Assembly (NCBI GenBank): GCA_018238155.1
Contig: JABCTZ010000006.1
Coordinates: 1-64,000 of the forward strand
Source of the DNA: Candidatus Heimdallarchaeota archaeon
GTDB taxonomy: Archaea; Asgardarchaeota; Heimdallarchaeia; JABLTI01
Direction: 5' to 3'
DNA length: 64,000 bases
Under the pieces are notes generated by a model. It made no database searches and was not told the DNA's origin. It saw only the letters and a list, made by a program, of their open reading frames with translations. Position 1 is the first letter of the stretch. The number at the start of each line of letters is the position of its first letter. Of the stretch, positions 10,352 to 19,640 are shown piece by piece. The position numbers were made by a program, and so were the translations under genes.

Positions 10352-11095
10352 TTACTCTTCATCTATTGGTAACTCACAAAAGATATAGGTGTTTTTCTCA
10401 CCAACCTCATCACTGAATTTATTCATAGATGGTTTCCACTTGTTTCCTATTCCTGCTAAAATAAAAATGCCCCCAACTTTTGCCATAGACTTCTTAACCA
10501 GCTCATACATCATTTCTAAGGTTGTACCAGTACGGCAACTATCTTCAATTATTAAAACTCGGTCATCCAAAGTTAGTAATCCTTTTGGGAGATTTAAGGA
10601 CAAAAGTTCTCCTGTTGATTCCTGCGGATAATGAACTTTGATGAATTCCCTTACACCAAGGTCACGTGTCCGTTTTGCAATTGCAATATCAACACCCAAT
10701 TCTGTTGCTAAATGAACACCCATAGGTAATCCTTCTGGTGCAACTACTCCAATTTTAGTGATACCTGCTTCTTTGAAATTATCTGCAACATATTGGGCTA
10801 CGAGCTTAAGCAAAGAAGTATTTCCTAATAACATAGTAGTATCAAAATATCCTCTGAAAAATACTAGCTGATCTTTTACTAGTTGTACAACATTGAGATT
10901 TTTTTTCGCTATAACAATTATTTCATCCGCTCGTTCTGATGCAGGAAGAACATGACCTTTGATATATCTATTTAACACTACCTTGGAATAACCCATGATT
11001 GAACTTAATTGTTCGTATGAATGATAACGCTTTAGCATCCTAAGGAGTTCAATCGAGCGAATTCTTTTTCTAATGTCATTCAGATAAGTTGTCAT
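10352..11095 (-). CDS. HTH-phosphoribosyltransferase (archaeal PurR-like/APRT-family regulator)
   Basis: N-terminal HTH YSYEQLS..MG..VLNRYIKGHVLP-like segment and PRPP-loop variant RVLIIEDSCRTGTT. Confidence 0.85.
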   Translation of the reverse strand: MTTYLNDIRKRIRSIELLRMLKRYHSYEQLSSIMGYSKVVLNRYIKGHVLPASERADEIIVIAKKNLNVVQLVKDQLVFFRGYFDTTMLLGNTSLLKLVAQYVADNFKEAGITKIGVVAPEGLPMGVHLATELGVDIAIAKRTRDLGVREFIKVHYPQESTGELLSLNLPKGLLTLDDRVLIIEDSCRTGTTLEMMYELVKKSMAKVGGIFILAGIGNKWKPSMNKFSDEVGEKNTYIFCELPIDEE

Positions 11096-11303
11096 AATTA
11101 TCTCTCACTTGAGGTTATTTAAACTGGAATATTCTTTCACAGAAGATGAAGTTAAATTAACACTTTCATGTAAATAAATGAACTTGTTTGTATTAAATAT
11201 TTATTCAAAATGGGGTTATTTTTTTACTTTTGGGAATCTTTTTTACTTCTAACGTTCCATATCAACCAATTTGATTTGCTATCATAAAGCTTGCTGTGAT
11301 AAT

Positions 11304-12476
11304 ATGTTTGAAGAACAAGAGAAAATTTTGAAGGAAGAATTTCCACAATTACTTAATAGAGTTTGGTTGAACAGTTCTGCTTTTGTACCTCATGCAAAAT
11401 CAGTTGTAAAAGCAATGCATCAATTCATCAATTATATTCATGATCCAATTATTGGGGAAGCAGTAGATAACCACTTTCGAGCTGTTACAAATGATACTAT
11501 GGTTGGTGCTTCAAAACTATTCAATTGTAAATCAGATGACATTTCTTTAGTAATTAACACTGCTCACGGATTGAATTTTCCTTTACAGGGGATTGATTGG
11601 AACAAAGGAGATAATATTGTTACAAGTGAATTGGAGTTTCCAACAAATTACTACCCATGGAAGTATATTGCTAGAAGAAAAAGAGTTGAACTACGTGAAG
11701 CAAAGATAAATGAGAAAATACAAATCAACGAAGATGAGATTATAGAACTGATTGACGATAAAACCAAACTAGTTGCTCTTTCATTGGTTCAATTTAATAC
11801 TGGTCAAAGAGTTGATGCTAAGAGGATCACTAAAGTAGCACATGATCATGGGGCGTTAGTTGCATTTGATGCCATCCAAGCTTGTGGAGCAACTGAAGTT
11901 TATCCCAAGGATATTGGTGCTGATTTTCTCAGTGCAGGTGGTCCAAAATATTTGATGGCTCCATTAGGAATTGGTCTTTGTTATATAAGTCCGGAAGTAG
12001 TTGAATCAATGGAACCGCCAATGCAAGGCACTGGTAATTATGATTTTACAGATGCTGATTGGATGAATAGAGAAAAACCTTATCACAAAGGAGCTAAGCG
12101 TTTTCAAAATGGTACAGTACCGTTCTATTGTGTAGCTGGATTAGCTGCCTCATTGAAATTGATTAATTCGATTGGCATAAAAACAGTAGCGAAACACAAT
12201 CACTCTCTAATAGAGCAACTGATAGAAGGCTTGGAAGAGCTTGATTTACAAATTATCACTCCTCATGAATCTTCACGAAGAGGTGTTCTGGTTTATGTTC
12301 GCGTTGTTGATAAAAGTAAAGATTTGAATAAAATTGTTGAAATGATGGAGGAAAAACACAAAGTAACTATTTCGGCGAGATTTGGCGGATTGCGATTCTC
12401 TGTTCATTTATACAATACAGAGGAAGATATTCAGAAGTGTCTTGTAGCTCTTAAAGATACATTGATGGAAATTTAA
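11304..12476 (+). CDS. Class V PLP-dependent aminotransferase
   Basis: WLNSSA, NTAHGLN, LEFPTN, VQFNTG, FDAIQACG, PLP-Lys in AGGPKYL and LRFSVHLYNT. ORF open from 11271. Confidence 0.88.
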   Translation: MFEEQEKILKEEFPQLLNRVWLNSSAFVPHAKSVVKAMHQFINYIHDPIIGEAVDNHFRAVTNDTMVGASKLFNCKSDDISLVINTAHGLNFPLQGIDWNKGDNIVTSELEFPTNYYPWKYIARRKRVELREAKINEKIQINEDEIIELIDDKTKLVALSLVQFNTGQRVDAKRITKVAHDHGALVAFDAIQACGATEVYPKDIGADFLSAGGPKYLMAPLGIGLCYISPEVVESMEPPMQGTGNYDFTDADWMNREKPYHKGAKRFQNGTVPFYCVAGLAASLKLINSIGIKTVAKHNHSLIEQLIEGLEELDLQIITPHESSRRGVLVYVRVVDKSKDLNKIVEMMEEKHKVTISARFGGLRFSVHLYNTEEDIQKCLVALKDTLMEI

Positions 12477-12603
12477 CTTCCCATCTCAATTATTTTTGTC
12501 GCTACATTTACTTACTTTTTTAAGTGCTTTAATGGATAATTCATTTATAGAGTCAGACATAATTAAGAATAGACTAACTGATTAACTTTAATGAGGTTCT
12601 GAG

Positions 12604-13512
12604 ATGAAACAAAAAGTCGAAATAAATACTATGATAGCTAGAAATGTCTATACATCAGAGTCATTAGATTTTGTTAAAAAAGTAATAGAAACTTTTTGTC
12701 ATGATTCTATCCCAGAAAAAGCAAGTGAAATTCACCGTCAAAATAAAGCCAATCATTATACTGATGAATTTCGACTATATGGAACTAAAGAAAAGGGCAT
12801 TAAATATCACTCATATTATAAGATTACAGAAACTAAACAAATTAAATCAAACATTTACACTCATTCTAATGAAACATTTGGTTATATCGATTTTTGGATA
12901 AAATTCACCATAAGTTCCCACAATGGTCTTATTCTTGAAATAGATGTTAAGGACAAACAAAAAACAAAAGAAATTATTGAATTATTCGAAAAGAAATTTG
13001 GCTATAGTCGAGAACAAACAAAGGAAGAAGTATTTGATGAAATTATTCACGAGCTTCGAACTAGGGGTTCTGAACGGAATGGACAATATGGAATTGAAAT
13101 GGGTTTAACAGCTATCAAAATATATCCAAATGATTTCTGGGCACAATTCTATCTGGGTTTATCATATGCTTTAAATAATCGCCACAAAGAAGCTATCACT
13201 CATTTAGAGACTGCAACGAAAATTGATTCAAAAAGTTACGATGTTCTTTATAATTTAGCAAAGAGTTATTTTGATGTAGGTCAATTAGAAAAAGCTAAAA
13301 AAGTAATCATGAAAGCAAAGTCTCTAACTGAAAATAATCACGTAATCATCTATCATCTTGCATTAATTCTTGATAAAATGGATGATAAAGAGGCTGCAAT
13401 AAAATATTACAAGAAGGCTTTGGAAACATCACCTGAGAAAAAAATAGATGATAAACGAACAAGTAAAAGTTTTCTAAAAGAAGCTCAAAAGCGATTAAAA
13501 GAATTAGAATAA
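12604..13512 (+). CDS. TPR-containing protein
   Basis: C-terminal TPRs: AQFYLGLSY, VLYNLAKSY, IYHLALIL...AIKYYKKAL. Confidence 0.8.
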   Translation: MKQKVEINTMIARNVYTSESLDFVKKVIETFCHDSIPEKASEIHRQNKANHYTDEFRLYGTKEKGIKYHSYYKITETKQIKSNIYTHSNETFGYIDFWIKFTISSHNGLILEIDVKDKQKTKEIIELFEKKFGYSREQTKEEVFDEIIHELRTRGSERNGQYGIEMGLTAIKIYPNDFWAQFYLGLSYALNNRHKEAITHLETATKIDSKSYDVLYNLAKSYFDVGQLEKAKKVIMKAKSLTENNHVIIYHLALILDKMDDKEAAIKYYKKALETSPEKKIDDKRTSKSFLKEAQKRLKELE

Positions 13513-13543
13513 AGAAAAATAAATTGAAAGTGAGGAGATTGAT

Positions 13544-13942
13544 TTATTCAATTCCTCTGAGATCCTGATGTTGTAAGTACTTGTTTTGGACACTTTTACT
13601 TAAATCACCAATATTTGATGATGATAAAACGCTTAATTCTGCTTTCACGCCGATTCGTTCTCCATTTGTTATTAGCATTCCAGATCTGCTTGCGGTGTCT
13701 GCACGTCTTCGTGCAGTTCTTTGTGTGACAATTCCTGAGCCTTTGGCATAAATCAATGTCCATTTGTTTTCTGATTTCTCAAATAACAATACTGCATCAG
13801 AACCATTTTGACTGGCATATGTCTCCAATTTATTCGGTTCATTGCTAAGGTAAGTGAAATATTGTTCTGCAACGTCAGATTTCTCGATTTCTTTGAATTC
13901 GTCCTTATCTCTTGTGTAGATAAAACAGTGTTTATTACTCAT
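13544..13942 (-). CDS. Hypothetical protein, possible divergent gelsolin-like single domain
   Basis: AVLLFE...KWTLIYAKGSGIVTQRTARRRA gives a strand-strand-G-long-helix pattern. The ORF is clear; the function is tentative. Confidence 0.5.
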   Translation of the reverse strand: MSNKHCFIYTRDKDEFKEIEKSDVAEQYFTYLSNEPNKLETYASQNGSDAVLLFEKSENKWTLIYAKGSGIVTQRTARRRADTASRSGMLITNGERIGVKAELSVLSSSNIGDLSKSVQNKYLQHQDLRGIE

Positions 13943-14134
13943 TGTAATTAGACTCCAAGTGGTTAATTTTTTAAGATCCTTTCAAATTGTTTTTCTGATA
14001 GATATCAAATGACTTTTGATAAAATCATTGACGAAATACTAATTAGAAAATGACCTTTTTAACATATTGCTTTCGGTAAATTCGAACAACAAGAAATTCG
14101 CGGATGTTTTTTCTAGAAAAAAAGAACGCTAAAT

Positions 14135-14485
14135 TTACGGTTCTCTTTCAAGCTCAAAACTAGTAACTCTATTTCTACTCGCATCATAGCGAACTTTTTT
14201 GAAAGGCATATGTTTTTTCAAGTGGTTTTTAAGGCAGCTGTTCTGACAATGGAAGTATTCTTTATGCTCTTCACAATAGAATAGAATTTCTTGATCTATG
14301 AAAGGCTTTCCACAGCATACACAGATTTTATCTTGAATTTCAATATAGCACTTAAAATGAACAGTTAGCTTTTCAGTAAGGTGCACTAAGTCCTCTTTCT
14401 GTATCTTTTGATTGCACATTGAACAAACCATTTCCTGCTTTTCTTGTTCAAATGCAAGCTCTGTGTTTTCATTGTACAAATTCAT
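14135..14485 (-). CDS. Small Zn-finger protein (half-LIM treble clef plus RING/PHD-like finger)
   Basis: CxxC-x18-HxxC, then CxCC-x12-CxxH-x4-H-x4-C-x3-H-x3-H. AGGTG RBS upstream. Confidence 0.7.
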   Translation of the reverse strand: MNLYNENTELAFEQEKQEMVCSMCNQKIQKEDLVHLTEKLTVHFKCYIEIQDKICVCCGKPFIDQEILFYCEEHKEYFHCQNSCLKNHLKKHMPFKKVRYDASRNRVTSFELEREP

Positions 14486-14769
14486 TCACCTACCTAACAT
14501 TGTCTTGTATTCACGCCAATTATATGATAAATTAGTCTTTATTTATTAAAGAGAACTGGGTTGGGAGACGACCGAATATATTCAGTAATTTCTAATCCTA
14601 AAATGAAATATTACCAAAAGAATATAAGGAAACATTTTCGACTTTAGTAAATATCTGATAAGGTAGAGTTGAAACTGAGTTCAGCTATATCATAGTCTTC
14701 GCAAAGATTTTTAAGCGAACTATTAACGCTTGAATATCAGAATAAAAAAGAATATTGGTGAAACAAGAA

Positions 14770-15213
14770 ATGCCAGGTAGTAAAAGCCCCAGAGGCGAGT
14801 TCGCAGGACGCCAAATCAAAAATAAAAGAAAGAAATTCCGTTGGAAGGATATTTATTACAAGAGAAAAATGTTAGGTTTAGATAAGAAAACCGATCCTCT
14901 TGCAGCTGCTCCTCAAGCATCTGGAATTGTAGTAGAAAAATACGGTGTTGAATCTAAGCAACCAAATTCAGCTCTTCGTAAATGTGTCCGAGTTCAATTA
15001 ATCAAGAACGGAAAGCAAATTGGTGCCTTTGTACCTCTAGATGGTGGGTTAACCCACATAGCTGAACACGATAGAGTTGTCGTAGAAGGCATTGGTGGTC
15101 CAAAAGGGGGCGCAAAAGGAGATCTTCCAGGAATCAAATGGCGTGTTACAAAAGTAAATGGTGTTTCGCTCACAAGTTTGATTTACGGAAAGAAAGAGAA
15201 ACCCGTAAGATAG
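14770..15213 (+). CDS. rps12: 30S ribosomal protein uS12 (archaeal/eukaryotic S23 type)
   Basis: [36 protein letters not shown] and [18 protein letters not shown]. Confidence 0.97.
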   Translation: MPGSKSPRGEFAGRQIKNKRKKFRWKDIYYKRKMLGLDKKTDPLAAAPQASGIVVEKYGVESKQPNSALRKCVRVQLIKNGKQIGAFVPLDGGLTHIAEHDRVVVEGIGGPKGGAKGDLPGIKWRVTKVNGVSLTSLIYGKKEKPVR

Positions 15214-15223
15214 GTGAAATGAA

Positions 15224-16240
15224 ATGCCTAAAGATAAGAAAGACAAAAAGGTAGCTACTAAAGAAAAAGTAGACAAAAAAGAAAAATCTGCTAAGAAGAA
15301 GGAAGCTTCCAAAAAAGAAGATAAGAAAGCTCTAAAGAAAGAGAAAGCAGCTGCAGAAACAAAGAAAGATAAGAAGAAAACAAAGGATGCTCTAAAGAAA
15401 GATAAGAAGAAAACAAAGGATGCTCCAAAGAAAGAAGAAAAGAAGGCTCCTAAAAAAGAGAAAGCAGCAGCTAAGGTCGCTCCAAAAGAGACTTCTCCTA
15501 AACAAGAAGAGAAGAAACCTATAGCAACCAAAAAAGAGGAAGTTAAACCTGCAGTAGCAGATAAAGAAGAAAAACCAAAAGCTACCAAAAAAGAAGAAGC
15601 GCCAAAGACAGCTCCAAAGAAACAACCTAAAGAAGAAAAGGTTGAAGAAGAAAAGCAAGAGGTTTTACCAAATTATGATCATATCAAACTTTTCAATAAA
15701 TGGAGTTACAACGAAATCGAAATTATGGATCCCGGACTTAAAGCATATATTAGTCTTCGTCCAGTAATTATCCCTCATACAGGTGGCAGATACGCACATC
15801 GAAGATTCAAGAAAGCTGAAATGCCTATTGTTGAACGACTTGTCAACAAATTAATGAAAACAAAGAAGGGAACTGGTAAGAAAGTAAGAATGATTAAAGC
15901 TGTTAGAATTGCTTTTGAAATAATCAATTTACAAACTGGAAAAAATCCTCTTCAAGTTCTAATTGATGCAATTCAAAAAACATCTCCTAGAGAAGAAGTT
16001 ACTAGAATAACTTACGGAGGGATGGCTCAATTACAATCAGTCGATGTAGCACCTATGAGAAGAATTGATATTTCTTTGACAAACATTGTTGAAGGTGTAT
16101 ACAAGAAATCATTCAATAATATTCTTTCTTCAGAAGAAATTCTTGCAAAAGAATTAATTGATGCTTCTGAGAACAAAACATCAAGCTTTGCAGTTAGTAA
16201 AATGCAAGAAATTGAGCGTGTCGCTCTAAGTGCTAGATAA
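15224..16240 (+). CDS. rps7: 30S ribosomal protein uS7 with about 150-aa Lys/Glu-rich N-terminal extension
   Basis: Core IKLFNKWS, PHTGGRY, IVERLVNKLM, NPLQVLIDAI, PREEVTRI..GG and ERVALSAR. Follows rps12. Confidence 0.95.
   Translation: MPKDKKDKKVATKEKVDKKEKSAKKKEASKKEDKKALKKEKAAAETKKDKKKTKDALKKDKKKTKDAPKKEEKKAPKKEKAAAKVAPKETSPKQEEKKPIATKKEEVKPAVADKEEKPKATKKEEAPKTAPKKQPKEEKVEEEKQEVLPNYDHIKLFNKWSYNEIEIMDPGLKAYISLRPVIIPHTGGRYAHRRFKKAEMPIVERLVNKLMKTKKGTGKKVRMIKAVRIAFEIINLQTGKNPLQVLIDAIQKTSPREEVTRITYGGMAQLQSVDVAPMRRIDISLTNIVEGVYKKSFNNILSSEEILAKELIDASENKTSSFAVSKMQEIERVALSAR
15361..15426 (+). repeat. 33-bp coding tandem duplication (KKDKKKTKDA[L/P] x2)
   Basis: aaagaaagataagaagaaaacaaaggatgctc[t/c] occurs twice in tandem. 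Confidence 0.85.
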
Positions 16241-16261
16241 TTGATTCAGAAAGAAATCTCG

Positions 16262-16282
16262 TGCCCAGAAAGGGCATTTTTT
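16262..16282 (+). terminator. Hairpin plus T-run after rps7
   Basis: TGCCC-agaaa-GGGCA-TTTTTT. Confidence 0.5.
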
Positions 16283-16296
16283 ATTCTTTTTCATTC

Positions 16297-17550
16297 TCAT
16301 TCAATTATTTTCTCTTGTACAAAATCGGGAGTTACAATTACTTTTTTGCGTTCAATCCATTGATGTTTTCGATTTTGGTTTACTATAAGGAGAAGTGAGA
16401 GAATCATAAGACTTGCTAGATAAATGATTTCAATGAACCCTTCACCAAAAGAGAAATGGGACGTAATCGAGCTAATTCCAAATGGAATTAAAACAACCAG
16501 TCCGAAGTATCCAAGAATGAGAATAAACCATTCCGGACGTAAATTAATCTTTGTTTTCTTTTGTCGAATGTTTGTTTCTCGGGTTTTTGATTTCCTTTTT
16601 ATCTTTAGTGCGATAAGAATTATTCCAACAATAGTGCCAATCCCTGCTAAACCAATGATTACAAAATAAATAATAAAATAGACATTATTAAGGTTGTAAT
16701 AATTAAAAATTGCACTCAGTGAAATAATGAAATTCCAAGATGCATGTAGAATTATTGTTAGAATTATTTTTTCTGTTAGAAAATAGATTGCACCAAGAAT
16801 CAACCCAATTAAAAAAGTGATTATAAAATGGATGACAAAGTAATAGAAAGAAAAAGTAAGATTTACTGAGGAATGCGCAAAAGCAAATATCAGACTTGAG
16901 AACGTGATTGTAGCATATTTATTCATGCTTTTTTTCAAAGTTTGAATCAAAGACCATCGATAAAAAATTTCTTCAGCTATTGGAGCTGCAATAGAAACTA
17001 AAACAGTTGCAAAAATAATTATTCCAAGATTACCTGAATTAAAAAAGTCATATGGAGTTTCTACGGAAAAATCAGGGAAGAAATGACTTTCAATTTGTGA
17101 AATAATTGTTTGTAAACCTGCAACAATGAAAAATATTAGCGCTAAACCAAAGCTCAAGATTTTTAGGTCTTTCTTTGAGATATTTAATGATTTTTTAGAA
17201 GGAATAAATTTTGTTCGTCTATTCATTCCAAAAATCATAAAACCGATGATTATAGTTGCGATTAAATTAACTATTAAAAGAGCATAAATAACATTTGTAG
17301 AATTCGGGTCATAATGTCCATTAGCATCTACCTTGATGATTTGAAAAGTAAGCAAAATCATCAATAGAATTACTCCAAAAAGTGCACCTATAACTTGAAA
17401 TGATGAATAATAAAATACTGAGAACCAAAGACCAAAATGCGCGAAGAATTTCTTCACATCAAATTTTTCTTCTGGGTCATTAACAGAATAAGTATCAGTT
17501 TGAACCACAGCTGTTTCTTCTATCATTGGTTTAGACTCTTCGGGTAACAT
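16297..17550 (-). CDS. CPBP (Rce1/Abi, CAAX protease type II) intramembrane metalloprotease
   Basis: APIAEEIFYR, FAFAH and HASWN motifs in a multi-TM protein. Confidence 0.9.
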   Translation of the reverse strand: MLPEESKPMIEETAVVQTDTYSVNDPEEKFDVKKFFAHFGLWFSVFYYSSFQVIGALFGVILLMILLTFQIIKVDANGHYDPNSTNVIYALLIVNLIATIIIGFMIFGMNRRTKFIPSKKSLNISKKDLKILSFGLALIFFIVAGLQTIISQIESHFFPDFSVETPYDFFNSGNLGIIIFATVLVSIAAPIAEEIFYRWSLIQTLKKSMNKYATITFSSLIFAFAHSSVNLTFSFYYFVIHFIITFLIGLILGAIYFLTEKIILTIILHASWNFIISLSAIFNYYNLNNVYFIIYFVIIGLAGIGTIVGIILIALKIKRKSKTRETNIRQKKTKINLRPEWFILILGYFGLVVLIPFGISSITSHFSFGEGFIEIIYLASLMILSLLLIVNQNRKHQWIERKKVIVTPDFVQEKIIE

Positions 17551-17656
17551 GCTCGATCCTCGCTTTTTAAAAGATGTAGATAATAACAGCTATTTATTAG
17601 ATTACAATACATAAATGATGCAAGAGTTGATAATTCTTGTGGAGATTTGAAAAGTT

Positions 17657-17953
17657 ATGACCTATGATGTTCTATCTTCAATTTTAGGAAATAATGTACC
17701 AGTTAAACTCGTGGAATTCTTCTTAGTGAATACTGAAGGAATGTTTCAATTGACGGATATTGCTAAAATGATTGGTATATCACATTCAAGAGTTCACGAT
17801 TTGATCGATAATTTGGTGAAATATCGCATTGTATTTGAAACAAGACAAAGCAGAACACGGTTATTTGAATTAAATGAAAATAATCCTGTTGTTAAACAGC
17901 TCCTCGAATTATATAGAATAACAAGAGCATATAAACTTGCAAGTGAATATTAG
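17657..17953 (+). CDS. Winged-helix DNA-binding protein
   Basis: LTDIAKMIGISHSRVHDLIDNLVKYRIV...LFELNENNP. Confidence 0.85.
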   Translation: MTYDVLSSILGNNVPVKLVEFFLVNTEGMFQLTDIAKMIGISHSRVHDLIDNLVKYRIVFETRQSRTRLFELNENNPVVKQLLELYRITRAYKLASEY

Positions 17954-17999
17954 ATATTAACTATTTAGAATGGCAAAAAAATAAAGCAAGCAAGTAAGG

Positions 18000-18752
18000 T
18001 TGGAACAGATGGTTGAAGAAAACAAAGAAAAAAGGAATTTTTTACTTGATATGATAACAGATGCTCATTCACTCATCTATCAAGGAAAAAAAGATGAAGC
18101 ACTCCAATGTTTTGATAAAATATTGGAAAAATATCCGAGAGAAATATCTGCAGTATATGGAAAAGGAATGACTTATTTTGAATTCGGTGATTTAGAACAA
18201 GCAATAGAACAATTTGATATTGTTCTTGAGCTGGATTCCAATGAAATAGATTCATTATATGCTAAAGGAGCAATTTTGAGTAAGCTTGGAAAAAACAAGG
18301 AAGCATTTACGTTTCTTGATAAAGTGGTCGTGTTGGAACCCAAATTACATATTGCTTGGTTAGCAAAAGGGTATATTTTCCTAGATGAGACAAAGTATAA
18401 CGAAGCGCTAATTTGTTTTTCAAAAGTAGAAGAATTAGGACAAAAAGACTTAGTATATGTTGGGAAAGGGCATGCTCTTAGGAAATTAGGTAAATTGGAA
18501 GAAGCAAAAGCAAACTACAAACAAGGAATAGGTATAGATCCATATGATGCTGAGGCTTTGTTTGGTCTTGGAGCTATTGAATACAAAAATGATAATTTGA
18601 AACAAGCACTTGATTATCTTTACAGAAGTGTTATACAAGATGAAGAAATTGTGGATGCTTGGGAAATTTTAGTAGAGGTTTATAGGTTGTTGAAAAAACC
18701 TGATAAAGAAAAAATTGCTCAAGATAAATTGAACACCTTGAAAGAAAAGTAA
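18000..18752 (+). CDS. TPR repeat protein
   Basis: About six TPRs (YGKG..Y, LYAKG, AWLAKG, YVGKG, ALFGLG). Confidence 0.9.
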   Translation: MEQMVEENKEKRNFLLDMITDAHSLIYQGKKDEALQCFDKILEKYPREISAVYGKGMTYFEFGDLEQAIEQFDIVLELDSNEIDSLYAKGAILSKLGKNKEAFTFLDKVVVLEPKLHIAWLAKGYIFLDETKYNEALICFSKVEELGQKDLVYVGKGHALRKLGKLEEAKANYKQGIGIDPYDAEALFGLGAIEYKNDNLKQALDYLYRSVIQDEEIVDAWEILVEVYRLLKKPDKEKIAQDKLNTLKEK

Positions 18753-18867
18753 ACAATCTTTGAACTTTGCTGATCAAACCACGCTAAATTTCAACGAACA
18801 CAAAAAACTTATCTTTCACTAAGCTAAAAATAAATTGGAATCAAATTTCCAAGGAAAATAGATAATA

Positions 18868-19557
18868 ATGTTTGTTGTAAAAATTGGTGGTTCAATACTA
18901 TTTGATAAAGAGTATCAATTAAAACAAAAATTACTTTCAAATTATGCAAAAACAATTCGTAATATTTTTAGTGAATCCAAGAAAAAATGTGCTATCGTAG
19001 TTGGTGGCGGAAAGCTTGCAAGAAAATATATTGCTGTAACTCGTGCATTGGGTGCAAATGAAGCCTATAATGACATAATGGGTATAGAAGCGGCTAAATT
19101 GAACGCAAGATTATTTATTGGTGCTTTAGGTGATATTGCCTATCCAGAACCTCCTAATAATCTCCAGGAGTTTCATGCATTATTTAACGTAACAGATAAA
19201 ATCATCATTTGTGGTGGATTTCAACCAGGACAATCGACAAATGCTGTTGCAGCATCAATTGCTGAAATAGTAACTGCTGAGAAATTATTGAATCTCACAG
19301 ATGTTGATGGTGTTTATACTGCTGATCCTGATAAAGACCCAAATGCAAAGCTAATGAAAGAATTAGCAATAAGTGATCTCATATCATTAATCGCAAAACA
19401 GACAACAAAAGCAGGTCAATATCCTTTATTTGATAAAACTGCCGTACAAATTGTCCAAAGATCTAAAATCGTTTTGCAATTTATTAATGGGTCCGATCCA
19501 GAAAACTTGATGAAAGCAATAACTGGAAAACCAATTGGAACACTAATAACTCACTAA
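18868..19557 (+). CDS. pyrH: UMP kinase (archaeal type)
   Basis: VVKIGGS, VVGGGKLARKYI, GGFQPGQSTNAVAA and TDVDGVYTADP. Confidence 0.95.
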   Translation: MFVVKIGGSILFDKEYQLKQKLLSNYAKTIRNIFSESKKKCAIVVGGGKLARKYIAVTRALGANEAYNDIMGIEAAKLNARLFIGALGDIAYPEPPNNLQEFHALFNVTDKIIICGGFQPGQSTNAVAASIAEIVTAEKLLNLTDVDGVYTADPDKDPNAKLMKELAISDLISLIAKQTTKAGQYPLFDKTAVQIVQRSKIVLQFINGSDPENLMKAITGKPIGTLITH

Positions 19558-19640
19558 TTTGAAATTAAATTGTTAACTAGAAAAGCAACAATTATCTATT
19601 TTCTTTTTCCTTGGGTATTTGGAAAAAGGATGCAAAAATA

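Noticed and set aside
11304-12476. Cysteine desulfurase (SufS/IscS) as sulfur source for LarE or ThiF
   Set aside because: The catalytic Cys loop (RxGxHCA or SSGSAC) is absent (ISARFGGLR), so it is kept as a generic class V aminotransferase.
14486-14769. tRNA or structured RNA upstream of rps12
   Set aside because: No cloverleaf or T-loop (GTTCRA in a stem) pattern; only a weak hairpin.
15049-15658. Phe/Ser-rich minus-strand ORFs (179 and 88 aa) that look like membrane proteins
   Set aside because: Antisense shadows of the Lys-rich rps7 extension.
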